A stretch of 64,000 bases of DNA from an uncultured Candidatus Saccharibacteria bacterium (GTDB taxonomy: Bacteria; Patescibacteriota; Minisyncoccia; Phycocordibacterales; UBA9973): contig CAYUQD010000003.1 of assembly GCA_964446965.1 (NCBI GenBank), positions 3,989-67,988 on the forward strand, in the 5' to 3' direction. Positions 36,277-45,477 of this stretch are shown one piece after another. Made by a program: the position numbers and the translations under genes. Each line of letters starts with the position of its first letter. The stretch's first letter is position 1. The notes beneath the pieces are model-generated. The model was not told the origin of the DNA, did no database searches, and worked only from the letters and a program-made list of their open reading frames with translations.

Positions 36277-37232
36277 TAGTTAAATAAAAGGGTAAAGGTC
36301 TTTTCGACGTGTTGGAGTCCGTAGGTGACCGTGGTGATGGCGAGGTCGAGGATACTCTGTCCGCGTCTGTCTGGTCGGGATAGACCGATCTGGTTTGCCT
36401 GAGGGCGCGACACACTCTCTCCATCAACCTTGAGATCAAAGGTGAGGTCTGCGAGTACGGTGCGAGGAATAGAAAAGAAATACGGCTCAAAATGGAGTAC
36501 TATCCCCTGCTCGATGAAGGGAATGGTCGAGAGGTAGCCATGAGCATAGTCGATGTATCCTTGGCGAGTCTCGTACGCAATGACTTGTGGCGTGCGCAGA
36601 GGACTCAGTCGACTCATCCCTGCTCCTGCAAATGACCCTCCTCCGATCGAAACCTCGATGGTTTCTTGGGGGTTAAATTCGTTGTGTTTGATCAGGAGAC
36701 TCGACTTGCCAAAGCCGCTCTCTGCAACGAGTGCAGAACCATTGCGAGACCAGTTATAACTCAACCCTTTTGGGGCGCTCGCAGAAGGGATGACACTGTA
36801 GCGGATGAGGCCGTTGACGGGCAGGAGCGCCTTGCCTTTGTAGAATGGGTGTGTGTAGCTGTCGACCGCCTCCCAGAGCAAGTCGATACTTGCCGGACGC
36901 AAGACGAGTGTTCCGCTTGCTGATGTTCCATTTCCTGAAGCGGTAATACCAATAGTCCCTGTTGCGCCTGCTGCTGGAGCTACAACAGCGACACTAGTCG
37001 TCCCTGTCCCCTTTGCGATGACGACATTGTTGTATGTCCACGAGATGTTGGCTTGGTTGAGATCCATTGCATAGCTCGTTGCGGTCAGTGTGACAGTACT
37101 CCCCGGAGTAGGATTTAGAGGGATAGTGTCGATTGAGATGTCGCCATCAATACTCTGCGCATGAGCAGTACCTACTAGTACAAAAATCAGTATTAGGGTT
37201 GCAATACATGTGCGCACGAATGCCATATGCAT
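36276..37232 (-). CDS. Secreted protein of unknown function (T4SS-cluster member)
   Basis: Start placed at MHMAFVRTCIATLILIFVLVGTAHAQ (signal peptide); the longer ORF to 37544 is an unlikely extension. Beta-rich, Ser/Thr/Gly-rich N-terminal half. Its stop overlaps the downstream start. Confidence 0.5.
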   Translation of the reverse strand: MHMAFVRTCIATLILIFVLVGTAHAQSIDGDISIDTIPLNPTPGSTVTLTATSYAMDLNQANISWTYNNVVIAKGTGTTSVAVVAPAAGATGTIGITASGNGTSASGTLVLRPASIDLLWEAVDSYTHPFYKGKALLPVNGLIRYSVIPSASAPKGLSYNWSRNGSALVAESGFGKSSLLIKHNEFNPQETIEVSIGGGSFAGAGMSRLSPLRTPQVIAYETRQGYIDYAHGYLSTIPFIEQGIVLHFEPYFFSIPRTVLADLTFDLKVDGESVSRPQANQIGLSRPDRRGQSILDLAITTVTYGLQHVEKTFTLLFN

Positions 37233-37263
37233 CAGTATAGCACTACAGATAGGTATAGAGATG

Positions 37264-39075
37264 CTAGGACGAGCGGTTTTGTTCGCTAAATTCTTTCTTT
37301 GCGGCACGGATGGAGATGACTTGGCTTGGGTCAGAGGTAATAATCTGGTCTTCGGTATAGGACGCGATGATCTTGATGGCGACATGTTTGAGTCCTGCAA
37401 AGAATATTCCTTCTCCAACACCACTCTCGAGAAGTAGGAACTTTTCTTCATCGGTGAGGTTGAATGTCTTTTGGAGGACATCCATTGTCGACGGAGACTG
37501 TTTGAGCAGGAGTTGAATGGATGAGTTGGTGACGATCGGGACACCGTATGGACTCTTCATGAAGTCCCCCACGTCCTGCGTGATCGTACAGAGTCCGAGG
37601 TAATATTTGCGACCTCGTTTTGCGATCGAGTAGAGGAACGACGCAGTGTCATCACTCTTCATCATCCACCATGCCTCATCGACGACGAGCAATCGCTTTT
37701 TGAGCTCCTTGCGAACGGCATTCCAGATGAAATGAGTGACGATGTACATCGCCGCTGGTTTGAGATCATCCTCCATGTCGCGAACGGAGAAGACTACAAA
37801 CTTTTTGTTGATGTCGACGTTGGTTGGTTGGTTGATGAAGGTCGCCCAAGATCCGTGTGTGTACTTGGTGAGACGTTGGAGGATGGATTCTGTCCCCTCC
37901 ATCCCAGAGAGCACCATCTCAAAGTCTGAGAGAAGTGGTGGCTCGATCGTTGCAAAGTCGCTCTCTGGACTAATGTCTTTGAGTGAGTACGTCTCGGTGA
38001 TGGCGCGGTCGATGAGTGAGTCTTCTTCGGGAGAGAGTCCTCCGAGCATGATACGGAATAGTCCGACGAGGTTGATGATGTTGCTGCGCAATACATCTGC
38101 AGGAGATTCGTCGACACGAGGGATCGGTAGGTCAAATGGGTTGATGTGGTTGTCTGATGAAAGTGAGATATTGAAATAGCGTCCACCGATCGCTTCGGCG
38201 AGGTATTCATACTCTCGTTCTGGGTCGATGACGATGACATCGGTATCGAACATGAGGGTACGGATGATCTCGAGTTTGGTCGCATAGGATTTGCCGGCAC
38301 CAGACTTGGCAAAGATGATGGAGTTGTAGTTCTCGAGCGAGAATCGGTCAAAGATCACGAGTGATGAGTTGTGACGGTTCACCCCATAGAGGATACCTTC
38401 GTCCCCGGTGAGATCAAATGAGACAAATGGGAACATACTCGAGATGGGTTCTGAGTTGAGTTTCTGGGTGATACCAAGCTTGTCAGTACCGAGCGGGACA
38501 ACGGTCTTGAAGCCGTCTTCTTCTTGGAAGAGTGCGGGCTTGATATATATCATCTTGCTCTCGAGCATGCTCTTGATCTCGCTCTCTGTACGGAACAAAT
38601 CGTTCTCGTTGTCAGCGTAGATAGTGATATAGAAGCCGATGTTGAACATCTTTTCTTGGGCTTGGGTCAGGCTATCACGGAGCTCCTCGAGGTCTTGGTA
38701 GGCAGTATCGAGCATTGGGTCGCGAACAACACCCTTTTGTTGGCGGACGATGATCTGACTTTCGACTTCGGCGATCTTTTTTTGGAAGTGTTTGAGGAGT
38801 TCGGCAGTCTCGATCGGATTGACGTAGATTGCCACATCAAAGATCTTGTCGAGGTTGATGATGGGAGTGAGCCAGTTGTCGGTGAGAAAGCGTGGATATG
38901 ATATGACAAAAAAGGTTCGCACAATCTTGTCCCCGATACGCATGCTCTTTGGGGTGATCTCGATTGCAGAGGGTGCGATCTTGTCCGCGAGCTCCATAGT
39001 CGCCCATTCATACACCTGTGAGGGTGCGATAGGGAGAGATTTATTTTCTTTCTTTTTGCTACCAAAGAGTGACAT
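37264..39075 (-). CDS. VirB4/TrbE/CagE-family type IV secretion ATPase (short monoderm PrgJ/TcpF-like form)
   Basis: Walker A FAKSGAGKSY, Walker B LLVVDEAWWMM (the VirB4 DEAW motif), CTITQDVGDF. The N-terminal region (RTFFVISYPRFLTDNWLTPI) is typical of Gram-positive VirB4 homologs. Confidence 0.85.
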   Translation of the reverse strand: MSLFGSKKKENKSLPIAPSQVYEWATMELADKIAPSAIEITPKSMRIGDKIVRTFFVISYPRFLTDNWLTPIINLDKIFDVAIYVNPIETAELLKHFQKKIAEVESQIIVRQQKGVVRDPMLDTAYQDLEELRDSLTQAQEKMFNIGFYITIYADNENDLFRTESEIKSMLESKMIYIKPALFQEEDGFKTVVPLGTDKLGITQKLNSEPISSMFPFVSFDLTGDEGILYGVNRHNSSLVIFDRFSLENYNSIIFAKSGAGKSYATKLEIIRTLMFDTDVIVIDPEREYEYLAEAIGGRYFNISLSSDNHINPFDLPIPRVDESPADVLRSNIINLVGLFRIMLGGLSPEEDSLIDRAITETYSLKDISPESDFATIEPPLLSDFEMVLSGMEGTESILQRLTKYTHGSWATFINQPTNVDINKKFVVFSVRDMEDDLKPAAMYIVTHFIWNAVRKELKKRLLVVDEAWWMMKSDDTASFLYSIAKRGRKYYLGLCTITQDVGDFMKSPYGVPIVTNSSIQLLLKQSPSTMDVLQKTFNLTDEEKFLLLESGVGEGIFFAGLKHVAIKIIASYTEDQIITSDPSQVISIRAAKKEFSEQNRSS

Positions 39076-39095
39076 TGTGTCTCTAGTATACAGTA

Positions 39096-39737
39096 TTATT
39101 TGGAGTTTACGGTTGCTTGGGTAGTACTTTCTCCGGGATTGAATGTTTTGTACAGAAGTTCGATCATTTCTTCGGTACCGAGTTGTGCGACACGGAGGCC
39201 GACACGCGAGAGTCCTTGTTCGACGACATTGACGCGTTCTTCGAGTTGGGTGCGCTGTTCTTCGAAGTCGCTCACTGTTTGCGCAGCGGTCTGTTTGGAG
39301 CCGAGGAATGAAAATACCTTACCAATCCCCGTTTGTTGGCTGAGTATCGGAGGGATATATGGGATCACCACAAAGAAATTCTTGCGCATGATGTTGACTT
39401 GGTCGGTGAAGCTCTGGATGAACTGGATGTACTCGCGTGTCTGTACTTGGAGGAGGGACTCAGTTTGCTGCTTGAGACGGTTTTGCAATGTCAGAATATA
39501 TGGACGGATGTCGTATCGTCTACTCTGGATCACGATCTGTATTGGGAAGTCGAGTGTGTTGAGGAAGTTTTGGAACTGCATGAGGGTTGCGCGCTGTTCG
39601 TCATAACTCTTGAGGGAGAGGTTGATCGACGAGACGAGGACGGCCATTGCGAGCGTGCCGTCTTTGAGGACGACGATACCATCGCGAACTTCTTTGACGG
39701 GGACGAATTGTTGGGCAGGTGTGCCAAAGGTTGCCAT
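39096..39737 (-). CDS. Hypothetical T4SS-associated soluble protein (resembles a VirB4 N-terminal-domain-like fold; inference)
   Basis: 213 aa, no TM. VKEVRDGIVVLKDGTLAMAVLVSSINLSLKSYDEQ echoes the N-terminal pattern of VirB4 proteins. Tightly coupled between the PrgI-like gene and virB4. Confidence 0.45.
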   Translation of the reverse strand: MATFGTPAQQFVPVKEVRDGIVVLKDGTLAMAVLVSSINLSLKSYDEQRATLMQFQNFLNTLDFPIQIVIQSRRYDIRPYILTLQNRLKQQTESLLQVQTREYIQFIQSFTDQVNIMRKNFFVVIPYIPPILSQQTGIGKVFSFLGSKQTAAQTVSDFEEQRTQLEERVNVVEQGLSRVGLRVAQLGTEEMIELLYKTFNPGESTTQATVNSK

Positions 39738-39739
39738 AA

Positions 39740-40150
39740 TTATTTGGGAGTATTGGGGTCAATCACATCGAGACTCCACGAGAGAGTCTTGAGCTTGCTC
39801 TCCGTCAGTGTACCACGACCATTGCTTGCGATTGCTTCGGGTACTGCGCGACCAGGAGTTTTTTGTTCTTGTTTGTGCCAGAGATAGAGGCGTGAACGCG
39901 AATAATATTTGATAAATGACTCGAGGACGTTGATGAATGGCTTGTCATTGTAGCGAAAGAATGTGAGCGCAAGTGCGAGTGCCGCAAGTGCCGGAGCGAC
40001 AAAGATCGAGATGAATATCGGGAGGAACTTGAATGCGAGATAGACGAGACCTGCACCTCCGGCGAGATAGACGAACTGTCGGAACGTGAACGGTCCGAAT
40101 ACTTTGTCTTCGATATCGATAAATTGGGGAACCTTGAACTGCATAGGCAT
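39740..40150 (-). CDS. PrgI/VirB3-like small membrane protein
   Basis: MPMQFKVPQFIDIEDKVFGPFTFRQFVYLAGGAGLVYLAF matches the conserved PrgI-family N-terminus and is followed by two TM helices. Located directly upstream of the VirB4-like gene, as VirB3 is in T4SS loci. Confidence 0.55.
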   Translation of the reverse strand: MPMQFKVPQFIDIEDKVFGPFTFRQFVYLAGGAGLVYLAFKFLPIFISIFVAPALAALALALTFFRYNDKPFINVLESFIKYYSRSRLYLWHKQEQKTPGRAVPEAIASNGRGTLTESKLKTLSWSLDVIDPNTPK

Positions 40151-40232
40151 AGTATACTATGCCAAGGACAAAGTTTATAAAACTTATATCACGCTTGACT
40201 TCTTAGGTCGCCTGTACGACTATTACCACTAT

Positions 40233-40841
40233 ATGAGCATGGAATCCCCCCAACAAAAAGCAAAGCGAGTAATTAATGAACATCCTGGTCTCGATCCGGA
40301 TTTCGAGAAGAAATTTGAAGAGGTCCGACCAGTACTTGAACAGTACGAAAAGGAGGGTAAGTTCGATAATATTGCAGAACGCGCAGCTGAAAATAATGCA
40401 AAATTTGCAGCGCAAAGAAGAGAACGTGAAGAAATGGAAGAGCCTCAGATCGCTGAAGTCATTTCAACGATTCTTCATACAGAGAGATCTCCAGAAAAGT
40501 CTGAAACCTCACAAGGTCATGTGAAGTACGATGGTTCTTGGACAGATGAGTCTAAAAAGCCTCGCAGTATTATCTTTGGAGCAGATCCAACTAAAGAAGA
40601 GATAGAAGCTGCATATAAAAAGTTACCTAAAGAAGAGAGTTACTCACAAAAAATGGCAAAAAATCATCTCTCAATGGTGGAACACCTAACGCTTGATACT
40701 AACGAAAAAAGAACACGAAACAGAATTAATTTCATGCAACGGGCAGATAGAATCGAAGCAGATCGTCAAAAAAAGAAGACGGTTGCTCAGCAATTGATGC
40801 AGTGGTGGAAAGGTTTGGACGATAAAGATAGGCTCAACTAA
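40233..40841 (+). CDS. Hypothetical highly charged protein, opposite strand inside the cluster
   Basis: About 200 aa, Lys/Glu-rich (MSMESPQQKAKRV...). Start placed at the internal Met so it does not overlap the PrgI-like gene. AT-rich. Confidence 0.4.
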   Translation: MSMESPQQKAKRVINEHPGLDPDFEKKFEEVRPVLEQYEKEGKFDNIAERAAENNAKFAAQRREREEMEEPQIAEVISTILHTERSPEKSETSQGHVKYDGSWTDESKKPRSIIFGADPTKEEIEAAYKKLPKEESYSQKMAKNHLSMVEHLTLDTNEKRTRNRINFMQRADRIEADRQKKKTVAQQLMQWWKGLDDKDRLN

Positions 40842-40845
40842 TCTT

Positions 40846-41367
40846 CTACTTATCAGGAATTTCTCGATAGGGATCGATCGATTTGATGCCACTAGGAGCG
40901 GATGATGGTGCGGCTGAAGGAGTCGATGGCGCAGGTGTTGCTGAAGGATCGGTAGTATAGGTGCGCTTCGTGGGAGCGAGCGTCGATGGAGTAGTCATGG
41001 TTTGATTGAGGCGAGCGAGCATGTCGGATGGGGTTGGGGCTGAAGTAGACGCCTGGGTAGGCTCAGATAATTGAACATTGCCATTTTTAAGAAATGTATA
41101 CATCTTATCAATAATTTTTTCCATATTTCCCTTTTCAAGTAACAAAGAAAGCTGTGTTTCTAAGTTCTCTCCCAACTGTTTTATATCATTTTTCTTTAAA
41201 AGAAATAATGTCATCTCCCCATCAAGTATTGTAGATACTTCTTCTGTAATATTGAATTCTTTTTTTAATTCATCCAAGAATGTATCAATTTGTGCAAGCA
41301 TACCAAATTCCTTGGAATTTGGATCAAGAGATTCTAATAGTGTAAGCGTTTCCTCGTTTATATCCAT
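40846..41367 (-). CDS. Hypothetical protein with a Pro/Ser/Thr/Ala-rich C-terminal tail
   Basis: 173 aa. Helical N-terminal half, then SAPTPSD...PSATPAPSTPSAAPSSAPSG low-complexity tail. Coupled to the upstream VirB6-like gene. Confidence 0.45.
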   Translation of the reverse strand: MDINEETLTLLESLDPNSKEFGMLAQIDTFLDELKKEFNITEEVSTILDGEMTLFLLKKNDIKQLGENLETQLSLLLEKGNMEKIIDKMYTFLKNGNVQLSEPTQASTSAPTPSDMLARLNQTMTTPSTLAPTKRTYTTDPSATPAPSTPSAAPSSAPSGIKSIDPYREIPDK

Positions 41368-41371
41368 AGTA

Positions 41372-44300
41372 CTATCCTAAACCAAGTTGCTTCCGAATGC
41401 TAGAAATATCGCTGTTGATACGATTGCGTTCAGCAATAACTGTATTTGGTGACGCCATACCGTGATTTACATTTGAAGCCTGATAATTTTGAACATCGAG
41501 TACGGTGAGACTGTCAAGATCGTTGTTGTTGGCATGTCGAGCAACTGGTGAAAGTGTTTGTTGCATACGGAGTTTATCAACACCAAGTTGTTTGAGGCGA
41601 CCTTCCAGTTTTGTTCGCTCGCCGGCACTAATAGTATCTTTTGCCTTTGATTCTCGACTATTGATAACATTTTCTCGAGCTGCTCCTTGAATTGCTCCTT
41701 GTCCAATCGCTGCAGCTGCACCCACTATAGCGCCACCGGTTACTACACTTGCCCCTGCTGCAGTTGCAGCCGCACCGACAGCTGCACCAGGAGTGGTAAC
41801 TCTGTTGGTGGATCGTTGAGCTACTCTTGATAGGAATGTGCCGCGTGCAAGTTTTGCCTGGTATGTTTTTTCACGTGCGCGATTGACTTCTGTGGTTGTC
41901 TCTACGCGCTTATTTCCTTGAGCTGCTTGCGCAGTAAGATCATTTTGTCGGAAATCAACTTCATTAAACGCAACACCGTTTGCGAGATCGGTTGTTTCCG
42001 CTGCTTTACGTCGTGCATCATATCCAGCTTCCCATGCTTTGTTTTTCTTGTCTTGGGTAACAGCCGCAGCGCCTCGAAGTTGAAATCTCTCAGCGCGATC
42101 GACAAGTACTTTCTCGTTTCGACTAATTGCCTCTTTGAAGCCCCCTTGTGTTTTATTGGTTCCAGTTCCTGTCATTTTAACTAGTTTATTATCCAGCCCA
42201 ATACCAGTTTCTTTTTCAAACCTTTTTCCAACAGCGCTATTTCTCGCATCGTATGTCGCAGTAGACATTTTTGTCCCTGTTTGCATTGTTCTATCAGCAA
42301 GACGCGCATACCATTTACCGCTCGCTGAAGCATCTTGTAATGTTTTAGATTCAGCAAGCCTGGTACCTAATCTTCCTAAAGTATTTCTACCAGCAAGCGC
42401 AGCTCCACCAGTCGCAACCCCAAGCGCTGCCCCACCGACAAATCCTACTGCTTTTTCAGAGTAGTTTTGTACTAACTTCCCTGCAAATCCCGCGTACTTT
42501 TCAGCTATTTTCACACCTTGCTTAATCATCATATATACAATAAGCATCGGGATTGCGGTGTAGATAACTATCTCAAGGAATGACCCAGAATCTTTGTTGA
42601 GATACACCGTGATGAAATCTGTCTCCAGGAATGAATAGACAATATATAAAAAGAATACAAAGATCGGTGCAAGGAGTGCGTATCCTGTCAGGTCACTAAG
42701 CCATTTTTTCCACGAAAGTTCGCTGATAGAATTCAAAAAAGGAATGTTACCCTGAGTGAGGACTGCAAATGGTGCAAAGATCATACAGAGATAGAGTCCG
42801 ATCACGCGTCCGAGGAACATGAAGGTGGTCTTCCAAAACATAACCGCAACTGCAAAGAGAATGATCGCTGCAATGAGACTGACAACGATATAATACGTCG
42901 CATAGTCATAACTATTGAGATCGACTGCGGTAGTACCAGAACCGTCTTTATTTGGGAGAGCCTTGTTTGCGCTGAGGACTTTTGCACTAAAGAGCTTTTG
43001 CGGGTTGAATGCGGACACTATCTTTTCGGACAGTGGTTTGAAGTTACCGGTACCTTCCTTGAGGTTGGGTATGTTGCCGTCGCTATTTCTCGGCTCACAC
43101 TTACCTTCACACACTTCTACAGAATTATAAAACACACGCGCAACGACATTGGATATGTCGATGACGACTCGGGTTGCAAAGAGTGAAAAGTTGATGAGGA
43201 TGGCGTTGAGGATGAGGCTCGCGACCACGCTCTTCATGTTGGTCTTGGTGTTGAATACAGCAGAGAGTCCTGTCCAGACGAGGATAATAATAAAGAAAAT
43301 ATTGGAGATATCGCGCACGAGTTGCCATCCACGCACCGCAAACTCTGCACGATATGATGTGTCAGAGAGTGAGTATCCGAGAAAGAAATCAAAGAGATTA
43401 CCCATGATACCTGCGAACCATTGAATAGGAACATAGAAGAAGTAATACACGAGTTGTGCAATACATCCCACAAATGTCCCACTAATAACACCGATTCCAC
43501 AGTTAGGTAATGTATCTGTTTGAGTGTCAGATGTGTTTGCAGCAGCAACACTTGCCTCGGTCTGACTTGCTGCCTCGGCGTTGGTGGCAGGCATTCTGAA
43601 TTTTTGAGAACTTGCGATACGGAAGTACGGTTTGTTACCGTCACAGAGGTTGTTGAATCCTTGCACGCTCTCGCTCTCACTATTGAGATTGAGTTGGTTG
43701 CCATTAGTATTTTGACCACAATACCAAAGTTCAGCTTGGTATTCTGTAGGGTCCCCTACTTTGAATTTATCATTTTTTGCGATGTATGCCCCGAGCGTAC
43801 CATTGCTCAGGAGTGGGGCGAATTGGCCGACGAGGAATGTGACATTAAATTTTGCATACTGTGTGTCACCTCTTTGAAAGCCTAGACCAGTATTAGTATC
43901 AAGTTTTGCGCGATAGTGGTATATCTTTGATGTCGGTGTTTCTTCAGAAGGTATAGTACATGTACTTTGTGTTGGACATAGTGGAGTGCCATCGCCTTTG
44001 AGGTCGTTATTCATTGGAGAGTGGGCGTATGGTACATCAGAAAATACACACTTTGTCCCATCTATTGCTCCAGTCCCAGGGTTGATATCGCAAATACGAA
44101 GCATAAACACATGTGGTACAAAATCTTGGAAAAGTGTACCTGTATAAAAATCCTTGATATAGGCCCACTTTTTTTCTTTATAAGGTATGTCATTAACAGG
44201 CAAAAAACTTCCCTGAAAATTGAATTTGAATGATGAGATCACCTGTGTCGGAGTAGTAGAGGTGGGATCAACTGGTCCCTGCCCTTGTGTCGGAGTGGTA

Positions 44301-44539
44301 GTTGTCCATGTACCTGGTCCTTGAAATCCGCTTTGACTCGTGAAATTTGCGATCTGCATCGTCAGACCCTTGGCAGGATCAGTCCCATCAAAGAGGTTGA
44401 TGTATTCATTGATGTCTGCATGCGAGAGTGCGACATTGCCAAATAGTGTCACGAGAAATACAAGCGAAACGATCGCCTTTGTCATATTGCGCCCAAAAGA
44501 TCTAGCTATCCGAAACCATAGCGAGGAATGAGAATTCAC
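41372..44539 (-). CDS. VirB6/TrbL-like polytopic membrane protein with a large N-terminal extracellular domain and C-terminal coiled-coil extension (1055 aa)
   Basis: Signal/TM at the N-terminus, a ~350-aa extracellular domain, about seven TM helices with a ~100-aa loop after TM3, then a ~350-aa hydrophilic coiled-coil tail. The architecture parallels PrgH/TcpH/ConG-type VirB6 homologs. Confidence 0.55.
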   Translation of the reverse strand: MNSHSSLWFRIARSFGRNMTKAIVSLVFLVTLFGNVALSHADINEYINLFDGTDPAKGLTMQIANFTSQSGFQGPGTWTTTTPTQGQGPVDPTSTTPTQVISSFKFNFQGSFLPVNDIPYKEKKWAYIKDFYTGTLFQDFVPHVFMLRICDINPGTGAIDGTKCVFSDVPYAHSPMNNDLKGDGTPLCPTQSTCTIPSEETPTSKIYHYRAKLDTNTGLGFQRGDTQYAKFNVTFLVGQFAPLLSNGTLGAYIAKNDKFKVGDPTEYQAELWYCGQNTNGNQLNLNSESESVQGFNNLCDGNKPYFRIASSQKFRMPATNAEAASQTEASVAAANTSDTQTDTLPNCGIGVISGTFVGCIAQLVYYFFYVPIQWFAGIMGNLFDFFLGYSLSDTSYRAEFAVRGWQLVRDISNIFFIIILVWTGLSAVFNTKTNMKSVVASLILNAILINFSLFATRVVIDISNVVARVFYNSVEVCEGKCEPRNSDGNIPNLKEGTGNFKPLSEKIVSAFNPQKLFSAKVLSANKALPNKDGSGTTAVDLNSYDYATYYIVVSLIAAIILFAVAVMFWKTTFMFLGRVIGLYLCMIFAPFAVLTQGNIPFLNSISELSWKKWLSDLTGYALLAPIFVFFLYIVYSFLETDFITVYLNKDSGSFLEIVIYTAIPMLIVYMMIKQGVKIAEKYAGFAGKLVQNYSEKAVGFVGGAALGVATGGAALAGRNTLGRLGTRLAESKTLQDASASGKWYARLADRTMQTGTKMSTATYDARNSAVGKRFEKETGIGLDNKLVKMTGTGTNKTQGGFKEAISRNEKVLVDRAERFQLRGAAAVTQDKKNKAWEAGYDARRKAAETTDLANGVAFNEVDFRQNDLTAQAAQGNKRVETTTEVNRAREKTYQAKLARGTFLSRVAQRSTNRVTTPGAAVGAAATAAGASVVTGGAIVGAAAAIGQGAIQGAARENVINSRESKAKDTISAGERTKLEGRLKQLGVDKLRMQQTLSPVARHANNNDLDSLTVLDVQNYQASNVNHGMASPNTVIAERNRINSDISSIRKQLGLG

Positions 44540-44569
44540 GAATACAGTGTATCACGGGGTGCGCGACTA

Positions 44570-45475
44570 TTACCACAAATTGAGACGCAATGCCTTCACA
44601 AGTCTGCCCTTGCCGTATCCAAAATCATTGAGATTAACAATAGGTTGGAATGTTTCTATTGAATCCGTTACAAAACCAAGTGTATCGGTCGAGCTATTGT
44701 TCCAGAATGGTGTTGCGACACGTTTTTTGTACAGAGGATTTGCAAGTTGTGGAGTTTTGTTGAGGCAGTAGGTGAGAAGTTCTTGGAGTTGTACTCCTTT
44801 GATATCGAACGTGTCATGGTTTGAGACCTCACGAGCGACGTCTTCGTCGGTACGAATGGACTCTGCGATAGTGTAAAAGCGTCGTTCGAGTGTCTTGAGG
44901 TCAGCGAGTTCTTGGGGGGTAAAGATGATATTGAGATCAGCATCACTACACTGAGGTAGTGGGGTTGATCTTGTTGGGGGTGGAGGGGTGGGGTTACTAC
45001 CAGGATTAGAGGTCCCAGGAGTTGTCGGAGTGGTAGTGGTAGTACCCGGACCTGTACCAATAGGTGTTGTGTTGGGAGTCGTAGGTGTCGTGTTCGGAGT
45101 AGAGGGTGTTGTACCGGGGCCATTAGTGTTTGTGCCTGAGGGTGAGGTTGTCGGACTGAGTGTCTCGTCGGTAAAGACGCTCACTTGTGTCTCAGATGGA
45201 GTGAGAGATCCTGACCATGATGTCTGTGAAGGAGTTTGTCCTGTAGGTGTGTCAGTCGTCGTACCGGATCCGTCTGTGGTGAAATCTGATGAGAGACTTC
45301 CTGGATCGTCGGGAGACACGGTACCACTACTGCTACTACCTGTTACAAATTCACGAAAGCTCAGTGGGTTGCTACCATTTTCAGTAGCGGTCTTGCGGGC
45401 AGAGAGCCACAATCCCCCCAGCACGATGGCTGCGACAATGACTATGATGATAAATATAGGGATAAAACGTCTCAT
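44570..45475 (-). CDS. Membrane-anchored protein with a Thr/Pro-rich linker and C-terminal globular domain
   Basis: N-terminal TM (FIPIFIIIVIVAAIVLGGLWL); ~150 aa of T/P/S/G low complexity; ~120-aa C-terminal domain. Confidence 0.5.
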   Translation of the reverse strand: MRRFIPIFIIIVIVAAIVLGGLWLSARKTATENGSNPLSFREFVTGSSSSGTVSPDDPGSLSSDFTTDGSGTTTDTPTGQTPSQTSWSGSLTPSETQVSVFTDETLSPTTSPSGTNTNGPGTTPSTPNTTPTTPNTTPIGTGPGTTTTTPTTPGTSNPGSNPTPPPPTRSTPLPQCSDADLNIIFTPQELADLKTLERRFYTIAESIRTDEDVAREVSNHDTFDIKGVQLQELLTYCLNKTPQLANPLYKKRVATPFWNNSSTDTLGFVTDSIETFQPIVNLNDFGYGKGRLVKALRLNLW

Positions 45476-45477
45476 GG

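Noticed and set aside
36276-37544. Full 422-aa ORF as annotated in the six-frame track
   Set aside because: The first ~104 aa are Ser/Arg/Pro-rich and overlap the VirB4-like gene 3' region. A clean signal peptide begins at the internal Met (37232), which is preferred.
40086-40232. N-terminal part of the plus-strand ORF 40086-40841
   Set aside because: Overlaps the PrgI-like gene on the opposite strand; an internal Met at 40233 gives a non-overlapping gene.
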